Below, one piece after another: positions 15,914 through 25,701 of a DNA stretch of 64,000 bases. The stretch comes from an uncultured Clostridia bacterium (GTDB lineage: Bacteria; Bacillota; Clostridia; Oscillospirales; Ruminococcaceae). How positions within the stretch are numbered: position 1 is the first letter of the stretch; every line of letters starts with the position of its first letter. Position numbers and translations under genes: made by a program. The stretch lies in assembly GCA_944386045.1 (NCBI GenBank), contig CALWZO010000042.1, positions 32,934-96,933 on the forward strand. The letters run 5' to 3'. The notes beneath the pieces were generated by a model, which saw only the letters and a list, made by a program, of their open reading frames with translations, did not search any database and was not told the DNA's origin.

Positions 15914-17917
15914 TCAGCCTTGTCTTGCCCGTTTGATTTCGTAATATGCGTTGAAAACATCCCTTACGCTCTGGGCCAGGTTGTATCCGTTACCGCCTTT
16001 TTCCGTCACTATGGCTATGGCTATTTCAGGATTGGGCACCGGGCCGTAGGCTATCATGGTGGCGTTGTAATAACCTCCCGGCACCTGGGCGGTACCGGTT
16101 TTGCTGGCTATTGTATAGGGCAGATCTTTAAGGTATATGGCAGCATTTCCTTCTGTGGAGGCCAAAACCATACCTTCTTCCACAATATTATAATGCTCTT
16201 CCATTCCCGGTGTTTCGGACAATACCGTCACCGGAGTTTCGTATATCACTTCACTGCCGTCATAGGTGGTTATGCTGTCTACTATATGGGTGGAATATCT
16301 GGTGCCGCGGTTTGCCACAGTGGCCGCATAAGTGGCCAGCTGTATCGGGGTAAGGGCTGTGTCCAGCTGTCCGATGGCCAGCTGAATAACATTACCGGCC
16401 TGCCATGTTCCGCCCAGCCGCTCGGTGTACCGCGGGCTGGAAAGCACGCCCTGTGATTCATTTATTTCCATGCCTGTCAGCACACCCAGGCCCATGTTAT
16501 GGGCGGATTCATTTATTGCATCCACGCCCAGTCTTCGGCCAAGATCGTAAAAGAAACAGTTGCAGCTGACCTGCAATGCCTGCCGCAGGTTTATGGTGCC
16601 GTGGGCTGTGTAGTTGGCACAGCCGGGCAGGGAGCCGCCCCACTGTTCGCTGGTGTAATAATCATAAACACCATGGCATGTATAGGTAAATTCCTCATCT
16701 ATAATACCTGCTTCCAGCGCAGCAACCGCCACATTCACCTTGAAAATGGAGCCCGGACGATACAGCCCCTGCAACGCGCGGTTGAACAGCGGTGTCGCCG
16801 GATCCGCGCTGTATTCACTGTAATTGCTGGAATAAAGATTGAGGTCATAGTTAGGGTAATTGCTTATAGCCAGCACGCCGCCGGTCTTTACATCCAGGAC
16901 CACCATTGTGGCCCCGTCGCACTCTTTACCCCAGCCGGCCTCGTGGCTTTGGAGGGTTTTTACCTGATTTTCCAGAATTTCATTCACTCTTTTCTGAAAC
17001 TCTGCATCTATTGTCAGCTTTACAGTGTCCCCCGGGTCCGGCCGCTGGATAACTGTCATGTCAGTTATCTCGCCATACATATTTTTCTCTATCTGCACTA
17101 CACCGTCTTCGCCTTTCAGATAGCTTTCATAAGCTTTTTCCAGGCCGGATTTTCCCAGTGTGTCATTAAGGCCGTATCCTTGGGATTTAAGCTGTTCATA
17201 TTCTTCGGCATAAATCGGGCCAACCGTGCCCAGTATATGCGGCAGCAAAGTGCCGTCCTCATAATATCTTTTGCTGTCCTCTGTTATTTCTATACCTGTA
17301 AGCCGACGGGAATTTTCTTCTATGATTATAGCCGTGTCAACGCTTACATCTTTGGCGATATCAAAGGGATAGGACGCAGAATATCCCTCCCTTTCCATCG
17401 TATAGCGCAAGCCGGCCAGTATGCGCTGGTAGTCACTGCTTACATCCTGCAAAGAGTATCTTTCTATCAGCTTTGCCATAACATCATCTGCACTGGCATA
17501 CACCGCAACTTTTACCAGATCCCTCAGCCTGGATATTTCGCTGTCTTTACCCTGGATAAACTCGTACGGCGCAGAATCGGATATGGGCAGTATATCATTT
17601 AGCTCTTCCCCCTGCCGCACAAGTATTTCCACAGCCTGTACCAGCCTTTCATTCAGCTGTCCGTCCGGCATATAGGCTTTGTTTACCGTCACATCAAACA
17701 CGGTTTTACCGCCAGCCAGCGGAACACCGTTTACATCGGTTATATCGCCGCGGGCAGCCGTAACCGGCTGGTTTATTCTGGTGGTAGCGTTTGACATACT
17801 GTAGTATTTTTCGCCGTCAATCAGCTGAAATTTCACCAATCTGATACTGAAAACAAAAAATATCGCCAAAATCATCAGTATCAGAACATTTAATCTTGCA
17901 TCTAAAACCTTTTTCAC
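15914..17917 (-). CDS. mrdA: penicillin-binding protein 2 (elongation-specific transpeptidase)
   Basis: SxxK (GSIFK), SxN (SCN) and KTG (SKTGTA) motifs, plus an N-terminal TM anchor. GTG start after GAGGT. Confidence 0.9.
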   Translation of the reverse strand: MKKVLDARLNVLILMILAIFFVFSIRLVKFQLIDGEKYYSMSNATTRINQPVTAARGDITDVNGVPLAGGKTVFDVTVNKAYMPDGQLNERLVQAVEILVRQGEELNDILPISDSAPYEFIQGKDSEISRLRDLVKVAVYASADDVMAKLIERYSLQDVSSDYQRILAGLRYTMEREGYSASYPFDIAKDVSVDTAIIIEENSRRLTGIEITEDSKRYYEDGTLLPHILGTVGPIYAEEYEQLKSQGYGLNDTLGKSGLEKAYESYLKGEDGVVQIEKNMYGEITDMTVIQRPDPGDTVKLTIDAEFQKRVNEILENQVKTLQSHEAGWGKECDGATMVVLDVKTGGVLAISNYPNYDLNLYSSNYSEYSADPATPLFNRALQGLYRPGSIFKVNVAVAALEAGIIDEEFTYTCHGVYDYYTSEQWGGSLPGCANYTAHGTINLRQALQVSCNCFFYDLGRRLGVDAINESAHNMGLGVLTGMEINESQGVLSSPRYTERLGGTWQAGNVIQLAIGQLDTALTPIQLATYAATVANRGTRYSTHIVDSITTYDGSEVIYETPVTVLSETPGMEEHYNIVEEGMVLASTEGNAAIYLKDLPYTIASKTGTAQVPGGYYNATMIAYGPVPNPEIAIAIVTEKGGNGYNLAQSVRDVFNAYYEIKRARQG

Positions 17918-17919
17918 CG

Positions 17920-18447
17920 TTACCTCGCGTCAAAGCGTTTGAAACGCCGGTTAATGAAATCTATAAAGTAATAAAACGGGATGCTGAAAACCGAACTGTA
18001 CGCGCCGGTTATCAGGACTCCTGTCAGAAAATATATGGTTTTGCCCGTAAAATCTCCCATCATAAAGCTGAAAAACAAATCTATCGTCAGCATTATGGCA
18101 GTGGCGGCAAATGAAAATATAAAACAGTTGGTTTTGTTCACCTTCAGGAAAAATTTAGCTGCAACTGCACCGCATGCGCAGGCTGTCATCAGCTGTAATG
18201 TATAAAATCCCACCGCTTTACCGGCGGACAAATCGGCCAGCAGGCCGCAGATGACAAAAACCAGGCCGGTCTGCCAGTTTTCATCCATGAGAGAAAGCGT
18301 TATGGCAAAGGCAAACAAAAAAACCGGTTTTATTCCGAATACCTGCAAAAAACCCGGTGTTGACTGCAAAATATACAGAAAAAACGCCGCCAGTGACAAT
18401 ATAAAATATCTGGCCACCTGTTTCAAGATAATATTTTTTCTTTTCAT
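17920..18447 (-). CDS. mreD: rod shape-determining protein MreD
   Basis: 175-aa polytopic membrane protein located between mreC and mrdA. Confidence 0.8.
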   Translation of the reverse strand: MKRKNIILKQVARYFILSLAAFFLYILQSTPGFLQVFGIKPVFLFAFAITLSLMDENWQTGLVFVICGLLADLSAGKAVGFYTLQLMTACACGAVAAKFFLKVNKTNCFIFSFAATAIMLTIDLFFSFMMGDFTGKTIYFLTGVLITGAYSSVFSIPFYYFIDFINRRFKRFDAR

Positions 18448-18465
18448 CTGTACACTCCACAGCCA

Positions 18466-19287
18466 TTAAAAATCTGTTATTACCAAAACCACTTTTACAT
18501 TGGTTATATCCGCTGCCGGTTTCAGTGTGGCGTTGGCAGAACTTCCGGATTCGTTTATGACAACCTCTTCAACAGTACCTATCACAAGGTCCGGCGGGAA
18601 TATGCTGCCGTAACCGGATGTGCCCACCAGATCACCTTTTTTCAGCTTGGTTTCTTTGGGGAGATAATCTATGTTGCACATCTCTCTTTCGGCCAGGTCA
18701 AAGCTGCCGCTGACAACACCTACATCCCTTTCTTCTCCTGCTATGCAGCCGACTTTGACATTGGGGCTGAGTAAAGTGGAAACTTTGGCAAAGTTAGGCC
18801 CGGTTTCCACAACGACGCCAACCAGGCCTTCAGAGGAAATAACCACATCGTCCACTTCCACTCCGTCCCCTTCGCCTTTGTCTATGGTAAAGGAGTAGAA
18901 CATGTTCACGCCGTCTCTGCCTATTACATTGGCTCCGACTGTTTTGTATTCCGACCGTTTCTCCTGGGTTTCAAAAATTTTTTGAAATTCTTCATTTTCC
19001 ATGGCGATCCTGTCATAGTCAAACTGCTTTGCCCTCAGCAGCGCCAGCTGCCTTTTAAGCTCTTCATTTTCCCGCAGTATACTGTCCACATCAAATGTCT
19101 TGTCTGTCCAGGCTTCTACCTGATAGCTGATGGCCGATGTCAGTTTCTGGAACGGAACGGCCGCAGCGCCCAGGATTTTCTGCGGCAGGCTGGTCAGCTG
19201 TCCGGTGGAAGCGGCATAAACCATCATTCCGACCAGAAGCAGCATAAGGACCCGAAATCCTTTGGCGATTTTTGAGCGAAAATTCAT
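18466..19287 (-). CDS. mreC: rod shape-determining protein MreC
   Basis: N-terminal TM segment, a coiled coil (ENEELKRQLALLR) and a beta-rich C-terminus. ATG 19287 lies 8 nt after AAGGAG. Confidence 0.9.
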   Translation of the reverse strand: MNFRSKIAKGFRVLMLLLVGMMVYAASTGQLTSLPQKILGAAAVPFQKLTSAISYQVEAWTDKTFDVDSILRENEELKRQLALLRAKQFDYDRIAMENEEFQKIFETQEKRSEYKTVGANVIGRDGVNMFYSFTIDKGEGDGVEVDDVVISSEGLVGVVVETGPNFAKVSTLLSPNVKVGCIAGEERDVGVVSGSFDLAEREMCNIDYLPKETKLKKGDLVGTSGYGSIFPPDLVIGTVEEVVINESGSSANATLKPAADITNVKVVLVITDF

Positions 19288-19366
19288 CAAAAATACTCCT
19301 TTTTGAAATAGTCTGTACTATAGCAAATTTGCAAGCCCCGGAAGAGCTTGCAAACCGCGTTGTAGA

Positions 19367-20389
19367 TTAAAGAGTTTTATTGTTTTCCTGCAAAACATCT
19401 CTCAATGTATCCATGTGATCCAGCACATGACCTGTGCCGTTGGCCACGCAGTCCAGCGGGTTTTCAGCCACATATACATCGATGCCGGTTTCGTTGCTGA
19501 TAAGCTTGTCCAGGCCGCGCAGCAAAGCGCCGCCGCCTGTCAGCGTAATTCCTCTGTCTATGATATCGGCAGCAAGTTCCGGAGGAGTTCTCTCCAGTGT
19601 TTCTTTTACAGCCTCTACAATTTTCTCCAGGCTTTCGCTGAGGGCTTCTCTTACATCTTCGGAAGAAATTTCTGCGTTTTTGGGCAGGCCGTTTATCAGG
19701 TTGCGGCCTTTTACTTCCAGTTTCAGGTCTTCGTCCAGCTTATAGGCAGTGCCCACTTCAATCTTTATTCTTTCGGCAGAGCGTTCACCTATCAGCAGGT
19801 TGAATTTTCTCTTGATATAGTTGATGATGGCCTGGTCAAATTCGTCGCCGCCTGTTCTTACGCTGCGGGATGCCACGATACCGTTGAGGGATATAACCGC
19901 AACTTCACTGGTACCGCCGCCTATGTCAACAACCATGCTGCCGGTGGCTTCCCGTACAGGCAGGCCTGCACCGATGGCAGCTGCCATGGGCTCTTCAATA
20001 ATCATTACCTGTCCGGCGCCTGCATTTATGCTGGCGTCACGCACAGCCCTTCTTTCGACCTCTGTAACGCCGGAGGGGATACATATGATGACAGTGGGTT
20101 TGAATATAAGGGAGGAACCACAGGCTTTTTTTATAAAAATTCTCAGCATGGCGGCTGTTACATCAAAGTCAGCTATAACGCCGTCTTTAAGGGGTCTTAC
20201 AACCATGATGGAACCGGGAGTTTTGCCTATAACTTCCTTGGCTTCATCACCTACAAATCTTACTGTGTCGTTTTTTGTGTCAACGGCCACAACGCTGGGC
20301 TCGCGCATAATTACGCCCTTGCCTTTCATGTACACCAGGGTGTTGGCAGTTCCCAGGTCAATGCCTATGCTTTTGTTCATTCCAAACAT
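19367..20389 (-). CDS. mreB: rod shape-determining actin homolog MreB
   Basis: IGIDLGTANTLVY and VVDIGGGTSEVAVIS actin-fold motifs, 340 aa. Confidence 0.95.
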   Translation of the reverse strand: MFGMNKSIGIDLGTANTLVYMKGKGVIMREPSVVAVDTKNDTVRFVGDEAKEVIGKTPGSIMVVRPLKDGVIADFDVTAAMLRIFIKKACGSSLIFKPTVIICIPSGVTEVERRAVRDASINAGAGQVMIIEEPMAAAIGAGLPVREATGSMVVDIGGGTSEVAVISLNGIVASRSVRTGGDEFDQAIINYIKRKFNLLIGERSAERIKIEVGTAYKLDEDLKLEVKGRNLINGLPKNAEISSEDVREALSESLEKIVEAVKETLERTPPELAADIIDRGITLTGGGALLRGLDKLISNETGIDVYVAENPLDCVANGTGHVLDHMDTLRDVLQENNKTL

Positions 20390-20466
20390 ATCAAAATCCT
20401 CTCTTTATCTGTAATTATCAATCTATTTTAAATATAAAAATTTAATATACTTATAATATCTGATAT

Positions 20467-20496
20467 ATTCTATCACATACACTATATTTTTTGCAA
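20467..20496 (-). promoter_or_regulatory. candidate sigma-A promoter of mreBCD (TTGCAA-18-TAGAAT)
   Basis: Read on the minus strand in the AT-rich 405-nt divergent region. Confidence 0.4.
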
Positions 20497-20659
20497 TTAC
20501 TTTTTTGTCATTTTAAGCAAATTTTAACTTTTGCCATACAGTTTCAACAATCCGCAAAGCTAATCAGTATTTAAGAAAACTTATTTTTCACAAATTATAC
20601 AATAATATTTACCGACAGCAGCGCACAGTATGCAAAGTGTACAAAAGCGATAACTATAC

Positions 20660-20688
20660 TTGACAACTCCACTTTACAGGAATATAAT
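20660..20688 (+). promoter_or_regulatory. perfect-consensus sigma-A promoter (TTGACA-17-TATAAT) upstream of the MFS gene
   Basis: Both hexamers match consensus exactly with a 17-nt spacer. 106 nt upstream of ATG 20795. Confidence 0.7.
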
Positions 20689-20794
20689 CAAATTATGAAA
20701 ATTTAATGAAAAAAATGTTAATGTGGCTGATGTTTATCTATATGGTTGTAGGTATGATTTTGCCACTTTTCATTGTTGAAAGGAGAAGTTTTCA

Positions 20795-22111
20795 ATGGCA
20801 ACAGAAAACAAAACAGAGCAGAGCTCATCTGCGCTGAACATTCCTGCTTTCTGGAAAGCACAGAAGCTGGACTGGAGAGTTACGGTTGTGCGTACATCCC
20901 TGGAGCGTTTCGGCTATAAGATGGTTTTGCCCTATCTTACACTTTATGTAACATTGCTGGGCGCGACCAAAACCCAGATAGGCTATCTTACAAGTATCGG
21001 CCTGATTTTAAGCGCATTTATCGGACCTATCGCCGGACAGATGATAGACCGCTACGGACCTAAAAGAATTTACATATTCGGTATAAGCATTCTTATCGGC
21101 GGTTATCTGGCTTTCGCCTCTGCGCCTATATGGCAGGTGGCCGCCCTTGGTGTTATACTTCACCAGGTAGGTCAGGGTATCAGCGGTCAGGGTTGTTCCA
21201 CAGTATGCGGCAACTGCCTTGCCAACTGCGACCGTGCCAAAGGTATGCTGATATGCGAATCTCTGGCAGCCGGCGTGCTGGGCATGGTTGGCCCTATGAT
21301 TTCCGGCTGGGTTCTGGTAAACCTGATGAATGTTGATGGTGAAGTTACAGATCCTAACCAGGTTCGTCCTCTGTTCCTGATCACATTGTGCATAACCGTG
21401 ATTTCACTGTTGGTTGTTATATTCAAACTGTCCAGCGTAAACTGGGGCAGCGGCAACAAAAGAGAAAAACACAGTGTTATCAAAGATGGTCTGGCAATAC
21501 TGAAAGCCGACAAAAACTGTGTAAAATGGATATTTATTGCTGCTGTAGGCGGTATGCCTGTTGCTCTGGTTACTCCTTATGTCAGCCTGTATGCCGCTGA
21601 AGCACGGCATGCCAGCGCCCGGACACTGGCTGCTATGGGTACAGCCACAGCCTTTACATCCATAATGTTTGGTTACTTCTTCGGTATTCTCAGCGACAGA
21701 TACGGACGCAAAAAGATGCTGCTGACAACCATAATATTCTACCTGATCGGTCTGACAATACTGATCACAACAAAACGGAGCTCTCCGATAGTTGTAGTCC
21801 TGCTGGTAGCAGTAGGTATCTGCCAGGGCTTCCAGGAAATCGGCGCTTCCATTTCCGGTTCTATATCTTTCGAGCTGGTTCCCGGCAAGGTTATGGGCCG
21901 CTGGAACGGTGTTAACCGTGCATTCACAGCTTTGTTCAGCGCTGCTGTTGCAGCTGTTGCCGGCTATATCTACGACAACATCGGCGGTCAGTGGGTATTC
22001 ATTATCTACATCGCCTGCGAACTGCTTATCCGTATTCCTCTGCTTATCACACTGCCTGAAACTTTGCATTACAAAGTTAAAGAAGAGGCTTTTGCAGCTT
22101 TGGACAAATAA
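20795..22111 (+). CDS. MFS transporter (substrate unknown)
   Basis: 438 aa, about 12 TM helices, MFS loop motif GQMIDRYGPKR. SD AAAGGAG. Confidence 0.85.
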   Translation: MATENKTEQSSSALNIPAFWKAQKLDWRVTVVRTSLERFGYKMVLPYLTLYVTLLGATKTQIGYLTSIGLILSAFIGPIAGQMIDRYGPKRIYIFGISILIGGYLAFASAPIWQVAALGVILHQVGQGISGQGCSTVCGNCLANCDRAKGMLICESLAAGVLGMVGPMISGWVLVNLMNVDGEVTDPNQVRPLFLITLCITVISLLVVIFKLSSVNWGSGNKREKHSVIKDGLAILKADKNCVKWIFIAAVGGMPVALVTPYVSLYAAEARHASARTLAAMGTATAFTSIMFGYFFGILSDRYGRKKMLLTTIIFYLIGLTILITTKRSSPIVVVLLVAVGICQGFQEIGASISGSISFELVPGKVMGRWNGVNRAFTALFSAAVAAVAGYIYDNIGGQWVFIIYIACELLIRIPLLITLPETLHYKVKEEAFAALDK

Positions 22112-22130
22112 TCTGAAAACAATCAATTTT

Positions 22131-22161
22131 AAATCCCTGCGGGTTTCCGCAGGGATTTTTT
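22131..22161 (+). terminator. intrinsic terminator after the MFS gene
   Basis: AATCCCTGCGG/CCGCAGGGATT stem followed by TTTTTT. Confidence 0.85.
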
Positions 22162-22183
22162 ATATGCTGATAAAATTACTAAA

Positions 22184-22214
22184 ATAAAAAACCCGGATGC
22201 AAAAAATCCGGGTC
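22184..22214 (-). terminator. intrinsic terminator after maf
   Basis: ACCCGGAT/ATCCGGGT stem with a T-run on the minus strand. Confidence 0.75.
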
Positions 22215-22226
22215 TGATTAAAAATT

Positions 22227-22790
22227 TTATACAGCTTTGATATATTTCAGCAGTTTTTCCAGTTTTTGCACCGGGAGACCGACCACATTGTCATAATCCC
22301 CTTCTATGCTTTTAATATATTTGCCGGCCGACCCCTGTATGGCATAGCCTCCGGCTTTGTCATAAGCTTCATCGGTTCTGACATACTCATCTATAAACCG
22401 CCGGGGAATTTCGTCAAAATAAACTGTCGTTTCACAGCAGAAACTGTACATAATTCCGCTTTTGTATACGCTGACAGCAGTGTAAACTTTGTGGCTGTTT
22501 GCGGAAAGCATCTGCATCATATCCGCAGCCTCCGCCGCATTCTTCGGCTTGTCGAGAACGCGGCCGTCAAGGTCCACCACCGTATCGGCTGATATGACAG
22601 CCATTCCATTTTCCCTTATCCGGTTTACCGCCCGGATACATTTATCCTTTGCGCGCCTTATGCACTTTCCCTTTGGCGGCAGGTCAGGATATTCTTTTTC
22701 TTCTATGTTGGTGGGCCTGGTCACAAATTCGCCGGTTATACGGGACAGCAGCTGCACCCTGCGCGGTGACCGGGATGCCAGATATATCAT
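22227..22790 (-). CDS. maf: Maf-like nucleoside triphosphate pyrophosphatase (septum formation protein)
   Basis: MIYLASRSPRRVQLL and AGGYAIQG motifs. Confidence 0.9.
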   Translation of the reverse strand: MIYLASRSPRRVQLLSRITGEFVTRPTNIEEKEYPDLPPKGKCIRRAKDKCIRAVNRIRENGMAVISADTVVDLDGRVLDKPKNAAEAADMMQMLSANSHKVYTAVSVYKSGIMYSFCCETTVYFDEIPRRFIDEYVRTDEAYDKAGGYAIQGSAGKYIKSIEGDYDNVVGLPVQKLEKLLKYIKAV

Positions 22791-22794
22791 AAAA

Positions 22795-23049
22795 TCACCT
22801 CGTTTTGCCGTAAATGTACATAGCCAGGGCTATTGTTATAATCTGAGCCACAGAAACCGACATGGCAAAACCGAATGTAATGCGCACCACAATCAGGTCC
22901 AGTACAGCCGGGCTGGACGGTGAAAAACCTATGGTGTTGGAATAACCCAGCCATGACAAGGACGGTATTCCCCGGCATACGCTGCCCAGAAGCGAGCCGA
23001 TTATAATACCGGCCAGAAGATAAAATAAAAATAAAAATTGCTTTTTCAT
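22795..23049 (-). CDS. DUF4321-like small membrane protein
   Basis: 84 aa and two TM helices, positioned directly upstream of maf as in many Clostridia. SD GGAGAG. Confidence 0.65.
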   Translation of the reverse strand: MKKQFLFLFYLLAGIIIGSLLGSVCRGIPSLSWLGYSNTIGFSPSSPAVLDLIVVRITFGFAMSVSVAQIITIALAMYIYGKTR

Positions 23050-23099
23050 AAACTCTCTCCAAAATTATGTGGCAGATAATAATATCTGCCACTGTTTTA

Positions 23100-25136
23100 T
23101 TATATAGAAGCCTTGTAGTAAAGACCGCGGGTAAATTCCTCTCCGAAAGGCTGTCCGGATAAAAATCTGTCTATAATTTCTCCGGCCTTGCCGCGGCTTT
23201 CCAGCGTAAAATTAAGTGTGATATAATCTGCCGATATATCTGCCTTTTTGTCGCCGATATACAGCGGCACAGGATTGAATATCTCGCGGTAGCCGCCTAT
23301 CTTTCCGTGGCACAGCAACGGGAATTTTTTGCCCAGGCGGTCGGTGAGATAGCCTTTTCCGTCACAGCCGGCGCAGGTATGTACATTGTGCACGGGGCAC
23401 GCCTTCACCATCATCAGCGGCAGGTGACCATAGCCTATAACTGCGGTTTTTACATCGGAAGTTATCCTGCCGGCCTGTTCCAGTGTTATTTCCGGGCTTA
23501 CAGTCATAACATCAACACCCAGTTTTTTATATTCCAGTGCGGCCAGGCTGTTGGATATGTTCAAAGTGAACGAAGAGAATATCTCGCAGCCTTCAACCAG
23601 CGGAATGTGGCCTATGTTGCCCACACAAAAGCGGTTAAAACCCAGGCTCTTTGCATTTTCCGCCTGCTGTTTCAGCCGGTCTTCCCTGCCGAATATGTCG
23701 CGGGACATCTCCAGCACAGCCTTGTCTTTCAGCCGGTCGCTGATCTGCCGCGCCTGTTCCAGCGGGAAAATGACATAGCTGAACCGGTCAAGCTTTTCTG
23801 TAGGCCGCTGTAAAACATTTTCAAACCTGGCTATCAGCTGCGGGGCGGACTTTCTTTTTGAAAACTCCGGCAGGGTGTAATCCTGAAGTCTGTAGTCATT
23901 CACATTTTCCCTGGCTTCCAGCAGTTTCCGCGCCAGCTCTTTTTTTGCTTTGTTGACCTCCGGCAAAGGTATGTACATACCGTCAATTATACGGCAGTCG
24001 GCATTTCTCATATAAAACGGCGTTCCGCCCAGCTTTGCCAAAGCGGCACAAAGCCGTCCTTTGAAATCCTTGTCTGCCGGCTGAGGGAGCGCGTCAATCT
24101 CTTTTTCAAAGTTGAAACTACCGTCTGTTATACGCAGAAGGTTTTTCTGCCGGCCCATTTCAAAGGAAAAATCCACCGGAACGCTCTGCCTTTCTCTCCT
24201 GTACAGTTCGCGCAGTTTCGGAAGCGCCTGTTTGGTTTTCCGGCTGTCCCGGGCAGTTCTTACGCCAAAGACATTTTTATCCAGCCTGCCCTGCAAAAAA
24301 CCGTTGGTAAACCCGGAACGGCTGAACACATCCTGCAAAAGCTGTAAATCATAAGGCTGTCTGTCAAGGGCCTTGACCGCACTGTCCACAGCGGCCGCCA
24401 CATATTCGGGCGTGCGCAGGCGTCCTTCAATCTTGACGCACTTTACGCCTATTTTTTCTATCTGCGTCAGCATATCCATGGCGCACATGTCCTTTAAGCT
24501 GAGATGGTACTCGTCTTTTCGGCCGGATGCGGACATGGGAAGGCGGCATGTGCCGGCGCATCTGCCGCGGTTGCCGCTGCGCCCGCCCAGAAATGCACTG
24601 GCGTAGCACTGACCGGACAGGGACATACACAGCGCGCCATGTACAAAGATTTCTGTTTCTATGCCGCAGTTTTCAGTTATGTATTTAACCTGTTCCAGCG
24701 TAAGTTCCCTGGCAAGGATAACGCGTGAATAGCCCATCTCTTTCAGCAGCAAAGCCCCTGCCAGGCTGTGAACGGCCATCTGCGTAGAGGCGTGCAGCGG
24801 CAGGTCCGGAGCTATGCTTTTTATTATTTTCGCGGCGGCCAGGTCCTGAACTATTACAGCGTCAACACCGCACAAAGCCACCTGCCTGGCTGTTTCGGCA
24901 AACTCTTCCAGCTCCCTGTCATACAGAATTGTGTTCAGGGTAACATTAACCTTTACATTGCGCCCGTGGCAGAACTCGACAGCCTCTTTCAGCTGCCGGA
25001 ATGTAAAATTGGCGGCCGAAGCCCTGGCATTGAAGCTTTGCACACCCAGATACACCGCATTGGCTCCGCTGTATACCGCCGCCACAAGGTTTTCCATATT
25101 GCCGGCCGGGGCCAAAATTTCTATCCTGTCAGTCAT
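23100..25136 (-). CDS. U32 family protein (annotated peptidase; family includes Fe-S-dependent RNA/quinone hydroxylases) with a long C-terminal extension
   Basis: U32 signature EIFVHGALCMSLSGQCYAS followed by RCAGTC, giving 4 Cys. 678 aa. The start overlaps the zapA stop by 8 nt. Confidence 0.85.
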   Translation of the reverse strand: MTDRIEILAPAGNMENLVAAVYSGANAVYLGVQSFNARASAANFTFRQLKEAVEFCHGRNVKVNVTLNTILYDRELEEFAETARQVALCGVDAVIVQDLAAAKIIKSIAPDLPLHASTQMAVHSLAGALLLKEMGYSRVILARELTLEQVKYITENCGIETEIFVHGALCMSLSGQCYASAFLGGRSGNRGRCAGTCRLPMSASGRKDEYHLSLKDMCAMDMLTQIEKIGVKCVKIEGRLRTPEYVAAAVDSAVKALDRQPYDLQLLQDVFSRSGFTNGFLQGRLDKNVFGVRTARDSRKTKQALPKLRELYRRERQSVPVDFSFEMGRQKNLLRITDGSFNFEKEIDALPQPADKDFKGRLCAALAKLGGTPFYMRNADCRIIDGMYIPLPEVNKAKKELARKLLEARENVNDYRLQDYTLPEFSKRKSAPQLIARFENVLQRPTEKLDRFSYVIFPLEQARQISDRLKDKAVLEMSRDIFGREDRLKQQAENAKSLGFNRFCVGNIGHIPLVEGCEIFSSFTLNISNSLAALEYKKLGVDVMTVSPEITLEQAGRITSDVKTAVIGYGHLPLMMVKACPVHNVHTCAGCDGKGYLTDRLGKKFPLLCHGKIGGYREIFNPVPLYIGDKKADISADYITLNFTLESRGKAGEIIDRFLSGQPFGEEFTRGLYYKASI

Positions 25137-25482
25137 TGTTTCCTCTCTGGTTTTTCAGATACTGTATATCCACCTTTAATTTTTCCAGCTCCATTTTGAC
25201 CTTTTCGGCTTCCGCCCTTGCCCGGCGTGCCTCTTCAAAATACTGTTTCAGCTGATTTCGCATGTTGTCCACACTGCTGTTGGATTTTTCCAGCTTGTCC
25301 AGATAGGTCAAAGCGCACAGCACGGACGCCGCAGTTATTGATGCAGACGGGCTTTGCTCCATAATCCGTCTCATATCACTGTCCAGCTTTTCTGCCAGGT
25401 CCAGCACCTGCTGTTCGCTGTCCATGGAGTTGATCACATAGTTTGTTCCGGCAACATTTATTTTCACTTTGTTGAAAGACAC
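25129..25482 (-). CDS. zapA: cell division protein ZapA
   Basis: VKINVAGTNYVINSMDSEQQVLDLAEKLD plus a C-terminal coiled coil. GTG start 7 nt after GGGGG. Confidence 0.85.
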   Translation of the reverse strand: MSFNKVKINVAGTNYVINSMDSEQQVLDLAEKLDSDMRRIMEQSPSASITAASVLCALTYLDKLEKSNSSVDNMRNQLKQYFEEARRARAEAEKVKMELEKLKVDIQYLKNQRGNND

Positions 25483-25597
25483 AATTATACCCCCTGATTT
25501 ATATAAAAATGTTGTTTTAACATAAATTTATCCACTATAATAATACTATATATTGTGTCTTTAGGCAACAAAATTTACATTCAATTTGAAAAAACCG

Positions 25598-25627
25598 TTG
25601 AAAAATATTGCATATATTATGTATAAT
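25598..25627 (+). promoter_or_regulatory. sigma-A promoter of glgP (TTGAAA-18-TATAAT)
   Basis: Read directly. Confidence 0.55.
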
Positions 25628-25701
25628 GGATATAAATTTTCATAGCAAACGATATTTTTTGTCGGTTTTATATAACCGCAATGCAGAAAGGGGTTTTGCA
25701 A

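Noticed and set aside
19415-20431. A 338-aa plus-strand ORF covers the whole of mreB, and there are similar long antisense ORFs opposite mrdA, uvrC, spoIVA, pgk, hom, degV, gap, hisS and other genes.
   Set aside because: They share codon boundaries with the sense genes (checked for mreB and glgP). They encode low-complexity products rich in F, Y, H, C and V, have no SD, and the sense genes are unmistakable. This is a codon-usage artefact from rare TTA, CTA and TCA codons, not overlapping genes.
25640-25665. A cre-like (CcpA) site, AGCAAACGATATTT, lies in the glgP leader.
   Set aside because: It matches only about 9 of 14 positions of the TGWAANCGNTNWCA consensus, and both outer half-site ends are wrong.
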